Assembly: GCA_950097015.1 (NCBI GenBank)
Contig: CATNEN010000038.1
Span: 33,356,001-33,420,000, forward strand
Direction: 5' to 3'
DNA length: 64,000 bases
From: Macrostomum hystrix
Lineage: Eukaryota; Animalia; Platyhelminthes
Part shown: in pieces, positions 1 to 11,828 of the stretch
Layout of the letters: every line of letters starts with the position of its first letter
Numbering within the stretch: the first letter of the stretch is position 1
Program-made: the position numbers and the translations under genes
Notes under the pieces: generated by a model
What the model was told of the DNA's origin: nothing
Database searches by the model: none
The model's input: only the letters and a program-made list of their open reading frames with translations

Positions 1-949
1 GAATTTAAGGGTCCTTCTGATTGTCATAAATATTATATTATCAGGATTGGGCGTAAGGCAAAAGAGCCCCCCCTACGCGAATCCGCGAAGACCTTGTTTC
101 CTGCATTGATCAGGACATGCAGGATTACAGATCCGTATTATCTGTAAGATAGACTTATAGCAGCCTTAAGTCTCTCTTTTCGACATAAATAATATAATCG
201 TAGCTATCGAAGCCCTTCGATCACCGCGTTCTTTGTGTAAAACAATATACAGCTGTAACCGCGCAAGATGGTCGTTGACCAACCTACTCTGAGTAGTCCC
301 AACCGTAAAACTCCCTGGCAGAAATTATTTGTGTTGACAACGGGACCTTGGCTAATCGAATTAAAACTCAGCTACCAACTCAGCTACCAACTCAGCTATC
401 AAGGGCCCCGGTTTAATATGCTTTATTTTTTGTTTAATTGGCGTTGCTGCTAGAAGTGAACGCGGTCAATCCACGTAGAGGCAAATAAATCTATTTGCTC
501 TGATTTAAAGCCTCTAAATGAATTATGAGCCATTTTAAAGCTTGGTGTATACTCGCATTAAACTCAAGTTGACATTAGTTCATCTCGCATGTTTGCCATC
601 GTCAATAAAACATTTTAAACAGAGAGTTTATTTACACGACTGTTCGAGTGCATGAACTGAACTACTTTGTGACTCCTAATTATACAAAATACCTACTTTC
701 TTGACTTCGTATACGGTAGTTTAATTGCCAAGTCTGTTTTCCGATTCGACATTTTCGAAGGGGTAAATATATGGTTATGTAGCTACACTAGTACGTTGTA
801 CACTGAAATATAGAGAAGCCATTTTATCCCTGACCCAAGAATCATGTGAAAGCTCCCGATTCAGAAGATATATTTATCGAATATACTCGTATATGCATGA
901 TGTAACAAGAAAAATAATTGATCGCATCTACCTCAATAGATCAATTAGG

Positions 950-1218
950 GCCAGATGTGTAGCCGACAGCACAGCCGCAGCTAGTGCGCGTCGCATCTGA
1001 AGGCTGCGTACGGCTGTTCAGTCCATGTGTTCAGGGTAGACGCCGCTCGATCCCTCCTTCAATTACCCCACCTAACGCTGGTAACCCTTGTGAACAGCTT
1101 GGTGAACTGAAGCAATGGTCAAATGTCTTGCATAAACACCAAAAATTCTTCTAGTGAAATCCGAATCGAAAGCCCGACCTTAAAGTCGTGAGTCCAACGC
1201 TCTAACCACTAGACAACA
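950..1218 (-). mobile_element. tRNA-derived SINE, family A
   Basis: Shares blocks (cagatgtgtagccgacagcacagccgcagct, cggctgttcagtccatg, gtgaactgaagcaatg, tRNA-like head) with copies at about 23325, 25880, 27750/29058 and 34345. Boundaries approximate. Confidence 0.7.
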
Positions 1219-2035
1219 AGCAGTTTTATGTTTATAGAATTATTTCTAGAAAATGCTAGGGAAATGCTATAGTGTGAGAGGTGTGGAGCTAGATGTTACT
1301 TTAGTACTTTAAGTATGACGCACCACTCTTATACTATACCAGGCATGCATTTACAGCAGAGACAAGAGCGGCCTTTTAGCAGGTCGAAGAAGCATAGAAC
1401 TGCAAAAAATTAATTATAGCAAACACGGCTGACGTCACGATTCGCTGCGGTCGTATCGGTATTAAACGTTTCTCCAGCACATACCCCCAGAGTTCTGAGT
1501 TTATGAACAGAAGCTGCAAGTCTTCATCAAGTAGAGAGAATAACGAGCTTTAATATAGGACCCCCTCATTAACCATGCTCTCACAATGGAAGCGGTTCTT
1601 TACCAGTTAGATGCATATTGGTCCTAACTTTGCACTCATACAGCGGTGGGTTGGACGAAAAGGCCAAGAAATGGCATATAAAATAGGCATATATTATGCA
1701 CACGCATAAGCCCTAGTCCAGCTCTTGTCCTTTTTTCTACTAAAATAGTTCCACGTGAAGCAGCCGCCCAGTTTACTAGGCTTAACTTCTCTCGCGGCAG
1801 AGAAGGACAACGAGTGGACGACGAAGAGAAAATTATAGAGGACCAGTAAAGTGTCTGGCAGGAGAGAGGAGCTAGATAGGCTGACAGAAATTTAATAAAA
1901 AAGGTTCTCGCGATCTCCGTTGTTTCTACACTTTCAAAAGTATGAAATAGCAGACTAGCTGACTTAGTACAAGGCCGCGAGTTTGCATCAAAACAGCGCC
2001 AGGTTTTTCGAGAAATCCAAATCCAATACCGCAGC

Positions 2036-5000
2036 ATGTCCTCGCCTGTGGAGACGGCGAAGCGAGATTTGGCTCGCGCACTTCGCTCGGAGGAGCCGCA
2101 CCGGGTCAAGGCAATTCTGCGCTCACCTGTAGCGGACGTTGCCTGGCTGGACAAACCGTTGGACAGGTGAGGCTTAACTTATAGTATGTTTTTAGAGGTT
2201 AGTACTAGCTTTAATCCAAGGCAGGGCCAAATTTATTTGGGGTGGGCTTTCGGAAGGCTTTCGGAAGGCCCATTCCCATAATGTTTGAGCTCAAGCAAGA
2301 TCGTTTCTTCGAAATAAGAATTAGTGCCTAGCACCTGGTCCACGGCGTCAGTGGATTATGAATTCTCCCCGACACTACCAGGAGGCGCCACAACCAGGAG
2401 GCGCCCCGGCCTTGGCCCCACCATCGGATAGCTTTGAATTCTACAACAAAGCAAACTTAAAAACCTCCAGAGACGGCAGCTGCGCCCTGCACATCGGCGC
2501 CTACTGTGGCCAAGAAGTCGGCGTGCACGCCCTGCTCGAGTTCGGCTGCGACCCAAATGTGATCAATCAGAATGGCGAGACTCCGCTTCACGTGGCAGCT
2601 GAGCAGCGCTTCGAGCACATGATCGACCTGCTCGTGGACGCCGAGGGTGTCCGACTTGACGCGGCCAGGAGGGTCGATAAGCGGACTGCACTTCACATTG
2701 CCGCCGGGCACGGCTGCTGCGACGGGGTGCGTCGCCTTTTAGAGGCCGGAGCCGGCATTGACGTTCGTGATCGTGATGGCAACACGCCGGTGTTTCTAGC
2801 GGTGCAGAACAACAGGTGAGAGAGCTTAACAATTATATTTTTAATATCTTTTGCAAGTAAAATAATTGTACAGTATTTAGGACGCCAAGTTCAGAGTGAG
2901 TGCAGATACCAAAGGGTCACTTTACCCACATGGTAAAAGCAGGACAGCTGTTTTGGATTGCAAATTATGATTGCCGAAAAAATAGCAGAGTTAGCACTCT
3001 CCAAACAATTTTTCGTGGTATACAGCTGGGGGTTGCTAGGACTGAAGCTCGCGTGTTCGTATGCATTCGTTGGTTTTAATTGACAGTAAATTCCGAATAC
3101 ATAGCTGAAATTGGTTTGAATTCGAAAGCTTCAATAATATTATTATGTTCATTTAGGCATTTTTTATTCTAATTCATGAAAAGTTACATCGCAAAACTCG
3201 CAGGCATCGAGTTGTACAGGAGCTAGTTTCACAGGGCGCCAATTTGAAACTAAAAAACAATGGCCTGCAAACTTGCTTAGCTTACGCTATGAAGCAGAGC
3301 CAGGACAAGGCCATGATACGCCTGCTGGTTGAGCGCAAGTCCAATGCCGCCGCAGCCGCCGCAGCTGCCGCGACGCCTGCCGGTCGGCAGTCGAATAGAG
3401 CTCCGCGCACCGACATTGTCAGCAATTCTAGGCAGCAGCAGCCAGCAGCTGCAGAAGTTCCGCTGGCTTCTTCAAGAGAGCGGCAGCAGCAGCAGCAGGG
3501 GCGAATCTTCTTAACCGAGTCGCACATGAAGTCTGAGAGACCCAGCTTCGGAGGCAATAGGCAGCTCTGGCAGCAGCCAGCAGTAGCGCATGCGCAAGGG
3601 GTTAGTTGCACGCAATTAGAATTGAAACTGAAGCAAAAATGGACTCTGAGAGTTCTCCTGAAGCCATTGTTTATTTGTTGAGTCAGTGTTGCTTTGCTAG
3701 AAAAAAGTAGCGAAAACTATGCTTTCAGGCAACCAGCCGCCAGAAACATGCCGCGATTCCCGAGGAGCCGCCACAGTACCACCATCAGCCCCAGTCTCAG
3801 CAGAATCAGCAGCAGCACCGCATGGTGGTTAATCCAAGCTCAGTACGTCGACGTGACATGAAAAGCGCAGGCGTCCAGGCCACGCCAGCAGATTCTGACG
3901 AAGATGATCAAGACAACGAGTGCTACGCAATGGATAGCAAGATTCGTGGTCTGTGCATCATCGTGAACAATCAGGACTATTTTAACTCTGACGACTTCAA
4001 AGAGCGAGCTGGCACTGACTTAGACGAAAAGCGCCTAGAACGACTGTTCAAATCGCTGCGCTTTCACGTGAAGATCTTCAAGAATCTGGATGCCAAGGAC
4101 ATCTACTGGAATCTTAGCAACTACGCCAAGAGTGATCACAGCGCCTTCGACTGCTACGTCTGTTGCATTCTGTCCCACGGCACCCTGGGTGGAATCTACG
4201 GTGTCGACGGACGAGTCCAGAAACTGTCCGACCTGACCGTGATGCTGAGCAGCACCAACTGCCCGTCACTGGCTGGCAAACCGAAGCTGTTTTTTATTCA
4301 GGTAATTTAGATTATATATCTGATCATTGTTACTTGCCTTAGTCCATCGATCAATTATTTCAAATCATTGCATGTTCGTGGCAAAAGTCATCAAACGATC
4401 CACTTGTTCACGATTCGGGTACTTTCAACGCGCTTTATTCTATTAGAAAATCTAGCGCTGAATTTCTCGCAATTGTGCCAAGTCATTCCTAAAGATTATC
4501 TCCGACGCCAATCCTTCTACCTCATCTTGTAAGGATTCCAAGATGAAGAATTACCATTGTGCTGGAAGTTGTTTATTATCATTGTGCGAGAAAATAACCA
4601 TAACAGCAACCAAAACACCACCATTGACTTCAACCAGGCCTGCCGTGGACGTTGCCTTCAACGTGGAGCGCATCACGTCGACCGGCGTTACCCGGGAAAC
4701 GATCCGGCGATGATCCAGATGGCTAACCACGAGACAGACGCGCTGACGGCCGATGCGGAGCAGGAGTACATCCTGCCAGATCATGGCGACTTTCTGATTG
4801 GCTACGCCACCGTAGCCCAGCACATCGCACAGCGGCATCGCGAGCAGGGCTCAGTCTACGTTCAGACCCTCTGCGACGTCATCGAACGCGGTCGGCACAA
4901 GGAGGACCTACTGAGCCTGCTCACCAAGGTCAAGTATCGAGTCTCAAAGCACGTCTTTCACAACGAAGACGGCAGCGTGTTCGTGCAGATGCCCGAGGTT

Positions 5001-5036
5001 AAAGAGACGCTACGCAAAAAGATCTACTTTAAGTAG
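2036..5036 (+). CDS. Ankyrin-repeat caspase (about 5 ANK repeats, Gln-rich linker, caspase-8-like p20/p10), 614 aa
   Basis: Exons 2036-2166, 2471-2815, 3204-3600, 3729-4301, 4638-5036; all GT-AG and phase-consistent (1845 nt). ANK motifs GETPLHVAA, KRTALHIAA, GNTPVFLAV. Catalytic ILSHG, and Q|ACRG joined across intron 4. Linker HETD. AATAAA near 5055. Confidence 0.9.
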
Positions 5037-6386
5037 TGATGCGAACATTTTAACAATAAATCCTGAATCTAACTAATGTACATATAGCAAGCAAAAGGAC
5101 TACTAGTAGAATAATTCATTATTGTTGCGTGAAGAGCGACATGGCAGGTACTATTTAAATGGAGCTTATAAAATCGTCAAAATCATGCAAACATATTTTT
5201 CGTTTTTTATTTGTAACATTATATAATATTTTCTTGTCAAATTTAACTAACAAAATAGAGGAGCCAGCAATAAAATTTTCACATTTCCAGAGCCATCAGT
5301 CTTCGTAACTCAACACCACTGGGTGCCATTATATATTAGTCCTATGCCTAAACTGCAGAGCTTCAAAATCTTCTTGTATAAATAAAACCTGCCTTAGACC
5401 AGTGCTGCTGATTTTTATATTTTCTAATAAATGTACACATGATTTGTTTGCTTTGAGATGTCTGCTTTCTTTTATAATTTCAATTTAAACTGAAAATATG
5501 TGCTTTGATGACGGTTGGGGGATTGTATCACACACATGCATAGGTTTTACTTGCATATTTTTCATCTTGTTCTGAAATTGGTTTTTTTTCTAGAGAAAAC
5601 GAGCGTCGTTTCTTATTCCCCCTGTCCTTACTCAAACATCTCAAACAAGGTTGAAGTCTTAGCCTCGTTAAAAAAATTTGGACCGATTTCGATTCATGCA
5701 TCACATCATCACATCGTTATAGACGTCTATAATATAATAATTTCAGATTGCTTATTAAAAGAAATTGTCTAGTTAATGACACACTATTTATCTGTGAGGC
5801 AAAAAAATAGATATAAAAACTGCTGTTCATTTGTTTGTGCATGCTAAATATGGATTAAGCAGGGCAAATTTTTGGAAGACTAGTACATATTTTACTTAAC
5901 TCTAAGATCTGATGATCAGGAAATCAACAATTTTTCTTGATGTCGTTAAGTTTAGCGAATTAAATCTAATTTTATTGACCTACTCGTACAATCGGAGAAA
6001 AGTTTTGATATAGAAATATTATGTGATCCATTGAATGTTTTCATATATAAAAACGCATGTTTAATCCTTGTTGAATATCCTTTTTCTATTCTTCTTTTCT
6101 AGTTTGGTTATGAGGTCTAGATTTCTAAAGATTGAGGAGCTAATAATTTACCCACAATAATCAGTTCTCAGGGGAACAATGAAAGATTTTTCTTGCTATC
6201 GAATATACTTGTATAAGACCCATCGTGCGCTGCTAAAATTGTTTCTTGGTCACACAACGGTCTAGGATTTCATGGCTTATATAAATAGTGTTGACCATCG
6301 ACTATTGTCACATAGATCAAGCCTACTAGCAACGCTTCTTATTGTCACACGCAGACATTGGTGTTATGACCATAGACTACGATCTG

Positions 6387-7460
6387 CTCATTCGTTTTTC
6401 AGCGTATTGGCGTAAAAGTACGCAAACCGATTAAAGTACTCAAAAAGCTTCTTGAGGTCAGCCACCTCGATTGGCTCGAATCGCTTCACACTTCTGCCTG
6501 AAGCTTGTCACGGACTTTCATGCGAAGCATGCGATTCGCGCTGCCAAATTCAGGCGCGTCGATGATGTTGACCTCTCGCTTCACCATGTAGCGAAAAAAT
6601 CGCTGGATCCCGGCCCTGATACAGACGAGGCTTGACGCAGAGTACATGTCGCCATCAGGTTTCACCAATCGGAAGTAGTAGAGACGAAGAAACTCGTTCA
6701 GCATCTCTACTCTCATAATACGTATAACGTCCAGTGGGTAACCAAGAGAGTTAAGGTAGTCGACAAATTTCTGTCCATGTAGTATCATTTGATCTCGAGT
6801 AGTTCTTGGAAGCAAATCCAACTCCCTCTTGTCTCTTTGAGATGCTCCTGGCCTCTTTCGCCAAGAACGTATTATCAGCACAAACACGACCTCATCCTGT
6901 AGACGTTCGGCAGTCTGCCGATTGAAGTAGTTGAATATCTTGGAGAGGTCAGTGTTATCTATAGGCAGGCTCGAAGTGCTTTACACTTCCGCCTGAAGCT
7001 TGAAAATCGCGGACTTTCATTCGCAGCATACGATTCGCGCTGCCGAATACAGGCGCATCAATGATATTTATTTCTCGCTTCACGATGTAGTTGAAAAAAA
7101 CGCTGGATGGCAGCCCTGATGCATACGAGGCTTGATGCTGAATACAGTTCGCCATTGGGTTTGGCCAACCGAAAATAGTAAAGACGTAGGTGCTCGTTAA
7201 GCTTATCCAGCTCCACCGTTCGTAGAACATCCATAGGATAGCCCAGGTTATTCATGTAGATCGCAATCTTCTCTCCATGCTGCAGCATTTGATCTCGCGT
7301 CTGTCGAGGTGCTCGCATTCTCAGACAGCGGAAGATCTGGCAGATCTACTCCCGCGATGTTGTCATCATTGTTGCTGAAGTCGGTGATAAACTTAATAAA
7401 GCGTTCCAGTTCTTTATCCTCGCTGTGGTCTTCATGGCTCAACTCGCTTATCAGCGCCAT
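6387..7460 (-). mobile_element. Degenerate Crypton/DUF3504-like relic: two tandem N-terminal domains, no catalytic C-terminus, frameshifted
   Basis: The block LRLYYFRLxKPxGxxYSASSLVCIRAxIQRFF...NIIDAPxFGSANRML occurs twice. It resembles the DUF3504/Crypton-type region and is homologous to the translation of 49760-50047. Confidence 0.65.
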
Positions 7461-7685
7461 TTCGCTTGCGGTTACACCATCGAGAGAATCAACAAGCAAA
7501 AATTTCCAGTTTATCATTTTTGAAAAAAATGCCTAATCGAATCAGTATATTTTCTTAACTGATAAATCTTTTTTTAATTTGCATGTCTATGGTCAAGAGA
7601 TCAGATTGTCTATTTCTTTTCTTTAAACTAAAGCACGCCAGTTTTCTAAAAATAGACATGCATTGCCACATGTGGCAATGGTAAG

Positions 7686-7791
7686 TTGTCTATATGGTTT
7701 CATCATAGACAACGCTCAGAGTTAGAGTTAGACAACGCTCAATTGCCACGAGTGGATTTGAACGATGTCTATGATGAAACCATATACACAA
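7686..7791. repeat. 29-bp inverted repeat (27/29 match) upstream of the Crypton-like ORF
   Basis: ttgtctatatggtttcatcatagacaacg (7686-7714) versus cgatgtctatgatgaaaccatatacacaa (7763-7791). Confidence 0.85.
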
Positions 7792-7989
7792 TATTATTGT
7801 CTTATTGGCCAAGCCTACTCACGTGACAATCGTGCAATCGTGCCTGTGACAATCGTGCATTGGCACTAATCTACCAAAAGCGATCATAATTATTCTATGG
7901 CCTAATCATTGCGTCATGATTTATTGCGTACCGCTTGCATGTTTTATTTAAGGACTAATAAACGACACGAACTAGCAGTTTAGTAGTCC

Positions 7990-8212
7990 TTGGTTTTGAT
8001 GATCCTTGGTTCATCCGCCCTGACTTTCTCATGGTCAGGCAGTGTACACAGTGTATAGTGAAGGCCTTGGAGGTTGACCTTCACGGGCCTAAATTGCACG
8101 AAAAGCCCCAAGCCTTCTCTCCGCGGCTGCGCCCCAAATGAATGCGGCCTCACCGTGGAATCGAGCTCAGGGACCTTGGTGCAAGAGGCAACCACTCTGC
8201 CGCTAACCCCCA
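7990..8212 (-). mobile_element. tRNA-derived SINE, family B (duplicate at about 15013-15235)
   Basis: Shares ggaatcgagctcagggac, ccccaagccttctct and cagtgtacac blocks with about 10520-10825, 11094-11190, 24955-25225 and 35165-35300. Confidence 0.65.
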
Positions 8213-8642
8213 AACATAACCCCATATAATGCAAGCCGCAATTAAGTTGGTAATCCCAAGTTCAAGTGCATTCATACTAACTATAAGGTGTTTATAATAT
8301 TTTTACCAGGTCGGTGTTGTTATCGAACCCGAAAACAGATTTTCTTCATCTTTCGTAAGCTAACTTGGTAAATGATGTAGATGGCAAACTGTGAGTATTC
8401 ATCTATAGATATAATCCACCTCGGTTGTTATCGCCATATCGATTCATATATTTATTTATTTATCTAATAGACATTTGCATGATGAAAATAATAATTATTT
8501 TCACCGATAAAAATTCTCCAAGCGGCGGGCACACAGAGTGGCAACCAATATCGCCTATTAATAGCTAGATAAATATCAACTGTCCATTGAAGCGCTTTTA
8601 AAGCGAAATAATTTCAGTCAGATTCATCCAACACGCATGGAT

Positions 8643-9003
8643 TCAGTTGTGCAGGCGGAAGTGGATCTTGGCCCTGGTGCAGCTGCACTCGCACACTCGC
8701 CAGTGGGCCGGCCAGCGGCTCGGCAGCTCGCCTTTGAAGCAGGTCGGCAGCCGGACGCACACGCGAGAGCAGAGGCTACTCCAGAACTGCTGAGTCTCCA
8801 CTGCAATTAGATGCATTGATTTGGTTTATAGGTGAAGCATTTCATTCACTGACAGTTATACACTGCTCATTGCATAGCTACTTACTATAGCTGATGCCAA
8901 ACTGCCTCTTGGCAACCAGCTCCTGCGTGTCGACAGCCGCTGCGGCCGTCGACATCATCAGAGAGGAGGCGACCAACAAGGTCAAGAAGCGGATTGTCAC
9001 CAT
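8643..9003 (-). CDS. Secreted cysteine-rich prepropeptide, 91 aa (family member 1a)
   Basis: Exon 1 9003-8886 (MVTIRFLTLLVASSLMMSTAAAAVDTQELVAKRQFGISY), donor GTAAGT, 85-nt phase-1 intron, acceptor TTGCAG. Exon 2 8800-8643 (METQQFWSSLCSRVCVRLPTCFKGELPSRWPAHWRVCECSCTRAKIHFRLHN*). TATA-like cataaata near 9100 and AATAAA near 8455 on the minus strand. Confidence 0.85.
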
Positions 9004-10519
9004 TGTTGCTGATTTACTCCACAGAGTTGTAGCTTAATTATTCACGAATGCTCGTCGGATTTTCCGATGCAAATGGAATTGAGGCCAGAAATAAGTTGTA
9101 TTTATGGAGTCGGAGACTCAGGATCTGAGTCTATGATTGGCTGACGTTGATAAAGGAGCGAAAGCTTCAAGTTTTGATCGACACATTCTGAGAATCGTTT
9201 CAGTGCCCACGTTCTAGATCGAGGTGTTCTGTGCTAGAAACTCTCTGGCTAACGAAGTGTTTTTGTTGGCTAACGATAGTTTCTCGATTAGGTTTCAGCG
9301 AACAGCGAGCCTGACCTACCCGAAGTTTTTCTGGCCTTTATAAAGCGTTTGTCCCGTCTCAGTCAACCGCTAAAAAGCAAAAATAGAATACTTGAAGCGC
9401 CTCAGGAAATCGATGCAGGCATGTCGTCACTTCTCATTACCGCTCAGTCTTCTTACAGGGTTGACAATGTGAGCCAATTTACTTTTCATTTGGGCACAAC
9501 GTTCAATTTATTTTTATTAAAAAACAACACAGTATATATAGCCTACGACATGCCATTGACGTAAGGTCTGTCAGATAAACCTTCAGCAGGCTAGGTCTTT
9601 GACGGAAGCTGGTCAGCTGACCTGGTACCGGCACACAGCACAGAATCAGCTAGCATGCGGTCTTTAGGTTTCTTGAAGACTGAACCTAAGGAGCTCCTGA
9701 AGGAGCTTCAGGTTCTTGCTTGTTATCGCCGGTTCGGGCCCAGCGTTAGACGCTGGACGTCCTCTTCCAGTTCGGGACATTCAGCCTCGGCGTGGTTTAC
9801 GTGTCGTGCTAGTTGAAACCACTTCTGTGATAATAGGTAATAAGTGATGTTGAGTAGGAAGAGTGATTGCTGCTTATAACATCCAAGACCTCTTGTGTTC
9901 TGGAAGCGTGTCATACAGCAGGGTACCTGGCTGTCAAGGTCGAGATTTGCTTACTTAGAAGCCAAATTAAGTTTGTATCCAAGCATGAATATTTCGCTGG
10001 CATTGCTGACGACGTTGCTGACGTCACAATTGACACGTGGCTCTGATCTAAACCTCATATTGTGCTTCTCTTCTTATTCACAGGGGCCTGGAGGCACTTG
10101 TGCGTCTCACTCGAAGAAAATATTAGTCTTAACAATGTCGCGTTAGGAACTCAGGTGTTTTGGCATGCTACACAAGTAGCAGACAAGAACATTAAATATC
10201 AAGCCAAATATTGAAATACTTTGCTATTAACTCATGCTCAATTATTAAAATTCAGCAATCTTGAAGGAAAAAATCTAATACTTTCTAGGCAGGGAGAATA
10301 TGGAGAACTGTTGGGAGAATTATAGCATTAAACAATTAACCATTATAATGCCATTATGATGCTGTCTGGGTGGTAAAACCGAATCAATGAACAGGTTAAG
10401 CCCAGGTGGCAGAGCGGGCCGATCTGGTTAAAAAAGGGCAGTCAGCGAAAGAGAATCTTCGTGCGCAGTCGTTTTATTGTAATAACAATTGCAAGAGGGC
10501 CGCGGGCAATGGTACATCA

Positions 10520-10825
10520 TTCAGTGACACTAGACCCGCCACCAGCAAGGAGTCGATTCTGATTTCTTTGACTCCTGAGCACACACGCACACAGATACCG
10601 TACACTAGCATACGCTCACACAGGTGTGTACATCTGACCTGAAATTCTCATCGTCAGATGCAGTGTACACTTTCACTGTACCTTAAAGGTTGTCCTTCAA
10701 GGGCATAAGTTTTATAACGAGCCCCAAGCCTTCTCTCTTAGTTTAGTTTGGCCTTGACGCGGAATCGAGCTCAGGGACGTTGGTGCGAGAGGCAAACACG
10801 TTAGACCACTCTGCCGCTCACCCCA
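10520..10825 (-). mobile_element. SINE family B copy (duplicate at about 17543-17848)
   Basis: Similarity to the other family B copies; tRNA-like head ggggtgagcggcagagtggtctaacg on the minus strand. Confidence 0.65.
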
Positions 10826-11093
10826 ATGTTGTCGTAGATTGGACAGAGCTCTGCGAATAGGATATTTGAATGAGGCTAAAAAACAGTTTTTCTTTGTCTT
10901 GCCTGGCCAAAGGCAAGATTATATACCACAAACACCTTGCCAATCAGCCTTTAAAATGAAGCGATTTTAAGAAACACCCGCCCACATGATTAGCACGGTA
11001 GATATCTGTTCAAAGGACTTCATGGAACGCATAGCTCATTCTGGACCACCTAAATTATTCGCCCTGAAAGTGTATGGTGTACCTGTAAATCTA

Positions 11094-11190
11094 GGGGGTG
11101 AGTGGCAGACCGTTCAACAACGCGTTAGCCTCTCGCACCAACGTCCCTGAGCTCAATTCCGCGGCGAGGCCACATTCATTTGGGGCGCAT
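11094..11190 (+). mobile_element. SINE family B 5' fragment (duplicate at about 18118-18214)
   Basis: gggggtgagtggcag...gcctctcgcaccaacgtccctgagctcaattccgcggcgaggcc. Confidence 0.55.
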
Positions 11191-11828
11191 CAAATGATGT
11201 GCCATTGCCCACAGCCCTCCTAAAATGATCATTTTTATTACTAGTAATAGTAGTATTTGAATATCAGTCGTTGATATTCCCAACCATTTGTTGTACCAAA
11301 ATTTAGCTAGCTGTAATAAAGAATGAAGTGTTTTTTGTAAAAAAAAAGTTGTCTGATTTTTGGTTGGCTTTGCGCTACTGGACTCGTGATTCGTGAATCG
11401 AATTCGTGACTTTATACAAAGAACTAATTAAAATGGCCTGCTTGACAGAATAACAACATCATGGTTTAGAATTGCATTTAAAAAGTACTATAATTTCTAT
11501 CGAGCTTAGCTTAGCACAAGATTAACTTAAAGATCTAGAAAAAATGGCAAAAAAGACTGACTTTAAAAAGTAAGAAGGGTTGGGTTGTTCGCTTGTTTTC
11601 GCTATAGAATATTTCAGCGTGCGGTGATAACAGTTTTGCTTGTAGCACAAAGAGATAACGACTAAACGGCGAACTGTACCAGCTAAAATAAAAATATAAT
11701 TTTAGCTATGAAATAAAAATTAGCCATAAAGACTTGCGAGTTCACGAGCTCATTTTTGAGACCGGTGATACTGGCAACGGCTTCGCTCTGCAATTTGGCG
11801 TGGCCTCTTTTTAGGCCAGAACCCGCAA

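Noticed and set aside
1636-2154. 172-aa minus-strand ORF
   Set aside because: Antisense to caspase exon 1 and its upstream region; no motifs.
8624-8806. ORF-track 60-aa protein MQWRLSS...
   Set aside because: Wrong frame; intron phase selects the six-Cys frame, supported by the paralog.
9515-10005. Possible small spliced gene on the minus strand
   Set aside because: Donor, acceptor and AATAAA-like signals exist, but I found no phase-consistent meaningful ORF.
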